Origin: Octopus sinensis
Taxonomy: Eukaryota
Direction: 5' to 3'
Length of the DNA stretch: 64,000 nt
Assembly: GCF_006345805.1 (NCBI RefSeq)
Contig: NC_043014.1
Location: 47,182,001 to 47,246,000, forward strand
Part shown: one piece after another, positions 63,433 to 64,000 of the stretch
How the letters are laid out: each line of letters begins with the position of its first letter
Position numbering within the stretch: the first letter of the stretch is position 1
Translations under genes and position numbers: made by a program
The notes under the pieces: model-generated
Seen by the model: only the letters and a program-made list of their open reading frames with translations
What the model was told of the DNA's origin: nothing
Database searches by the model: none

Positions 63433-63837
63433 TATATATACATACATACATACATACTATATATACCTATTCATATACACATACAGATATATACTCTCTC
63501 TCTCTCTCACACTAGCACACACACACACAAACACACAAGGAATACATAACTGTCACAAAGTTTACAAAATTCTATTGTCACTCCTCTATTTTTAATGAAT
63601 GTACATTGTTTATATGCATATGTAGAGTGTGTGTGTGTGTATATTTGTGTGTGTGTGTATATAAGTGTGTGTGTGTGTGTGTGTGTGAATCAATGCCAGC
63701 ATGGATGATGGACATTAATAGATGATGAATGATGAGATATATATATATTTATGTCTCCCTCTCCCCTTTCTCTCTCTCATATATATATTATATACATATA
63801 TATATATATATATATACATACACACACACACACACAC

Positions 63838-63879
<42 letters not shown>

Positions 63880-64000
63880 GGTCCCCCGGGTTGATCCGGG
63901 GTTAACCACAGTAAGGTACTCAATACATAGCAGAGTAAAATTAATTTATTTATAGAAGGAGCTTCTACAGGACTAGTACTGTTCATTCAAGAGAAATCTT

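Overview
Eukaryotic, very AT-rich, repeat-saturated intronic or intergenic DNA. The repeat landscape resembles octopus (coleoid cephalopod) genomic sequence; this is an inference from SINE, LINE and microsatellite types, not a database hit. I see no intact protein-coding gene, rRNA, tRNA gene, CRISPR array or prokaryotic system. Almost all ORFs in the track are read-throughs of microsatellites or SINEs. Content: (i) about four tRNA-type or RTE-tailed SINE families in dozens of copies, several with clear TSDs; (ii) decayed LINEs (RTE, CR1-like, Tx1/L1-like); (iii) Penelope-like element (PLE) debris, including a GIY-YIG endonuclease C-terminal relic; (iv) DNA elements: three non-autonomous Helitrons, piggyBac-type TTAA MITEs, two hAT MITEs and three Tc1/mariner derivatives; (v) mini- and microsatellites; (vi) a few weak exon candidates. 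The most notable signal is nine minimal type I hammerhead-ribozyme-like motifs from six different repeat families, plus a possible tenth cut by the window edge. They include a canonical one, a family with a G3:C8 covariant core, a family with a fixed U4C core, and one with a long loop II. Other highlights are a SINE insertion that captured 5' flank from a locus 3.1 kb away, a 176-bp tandem array born from an RTE coding fragment, and several long near-perfect hairpins. All structures were derived by eye and coordinates of decayed elements are approximate.
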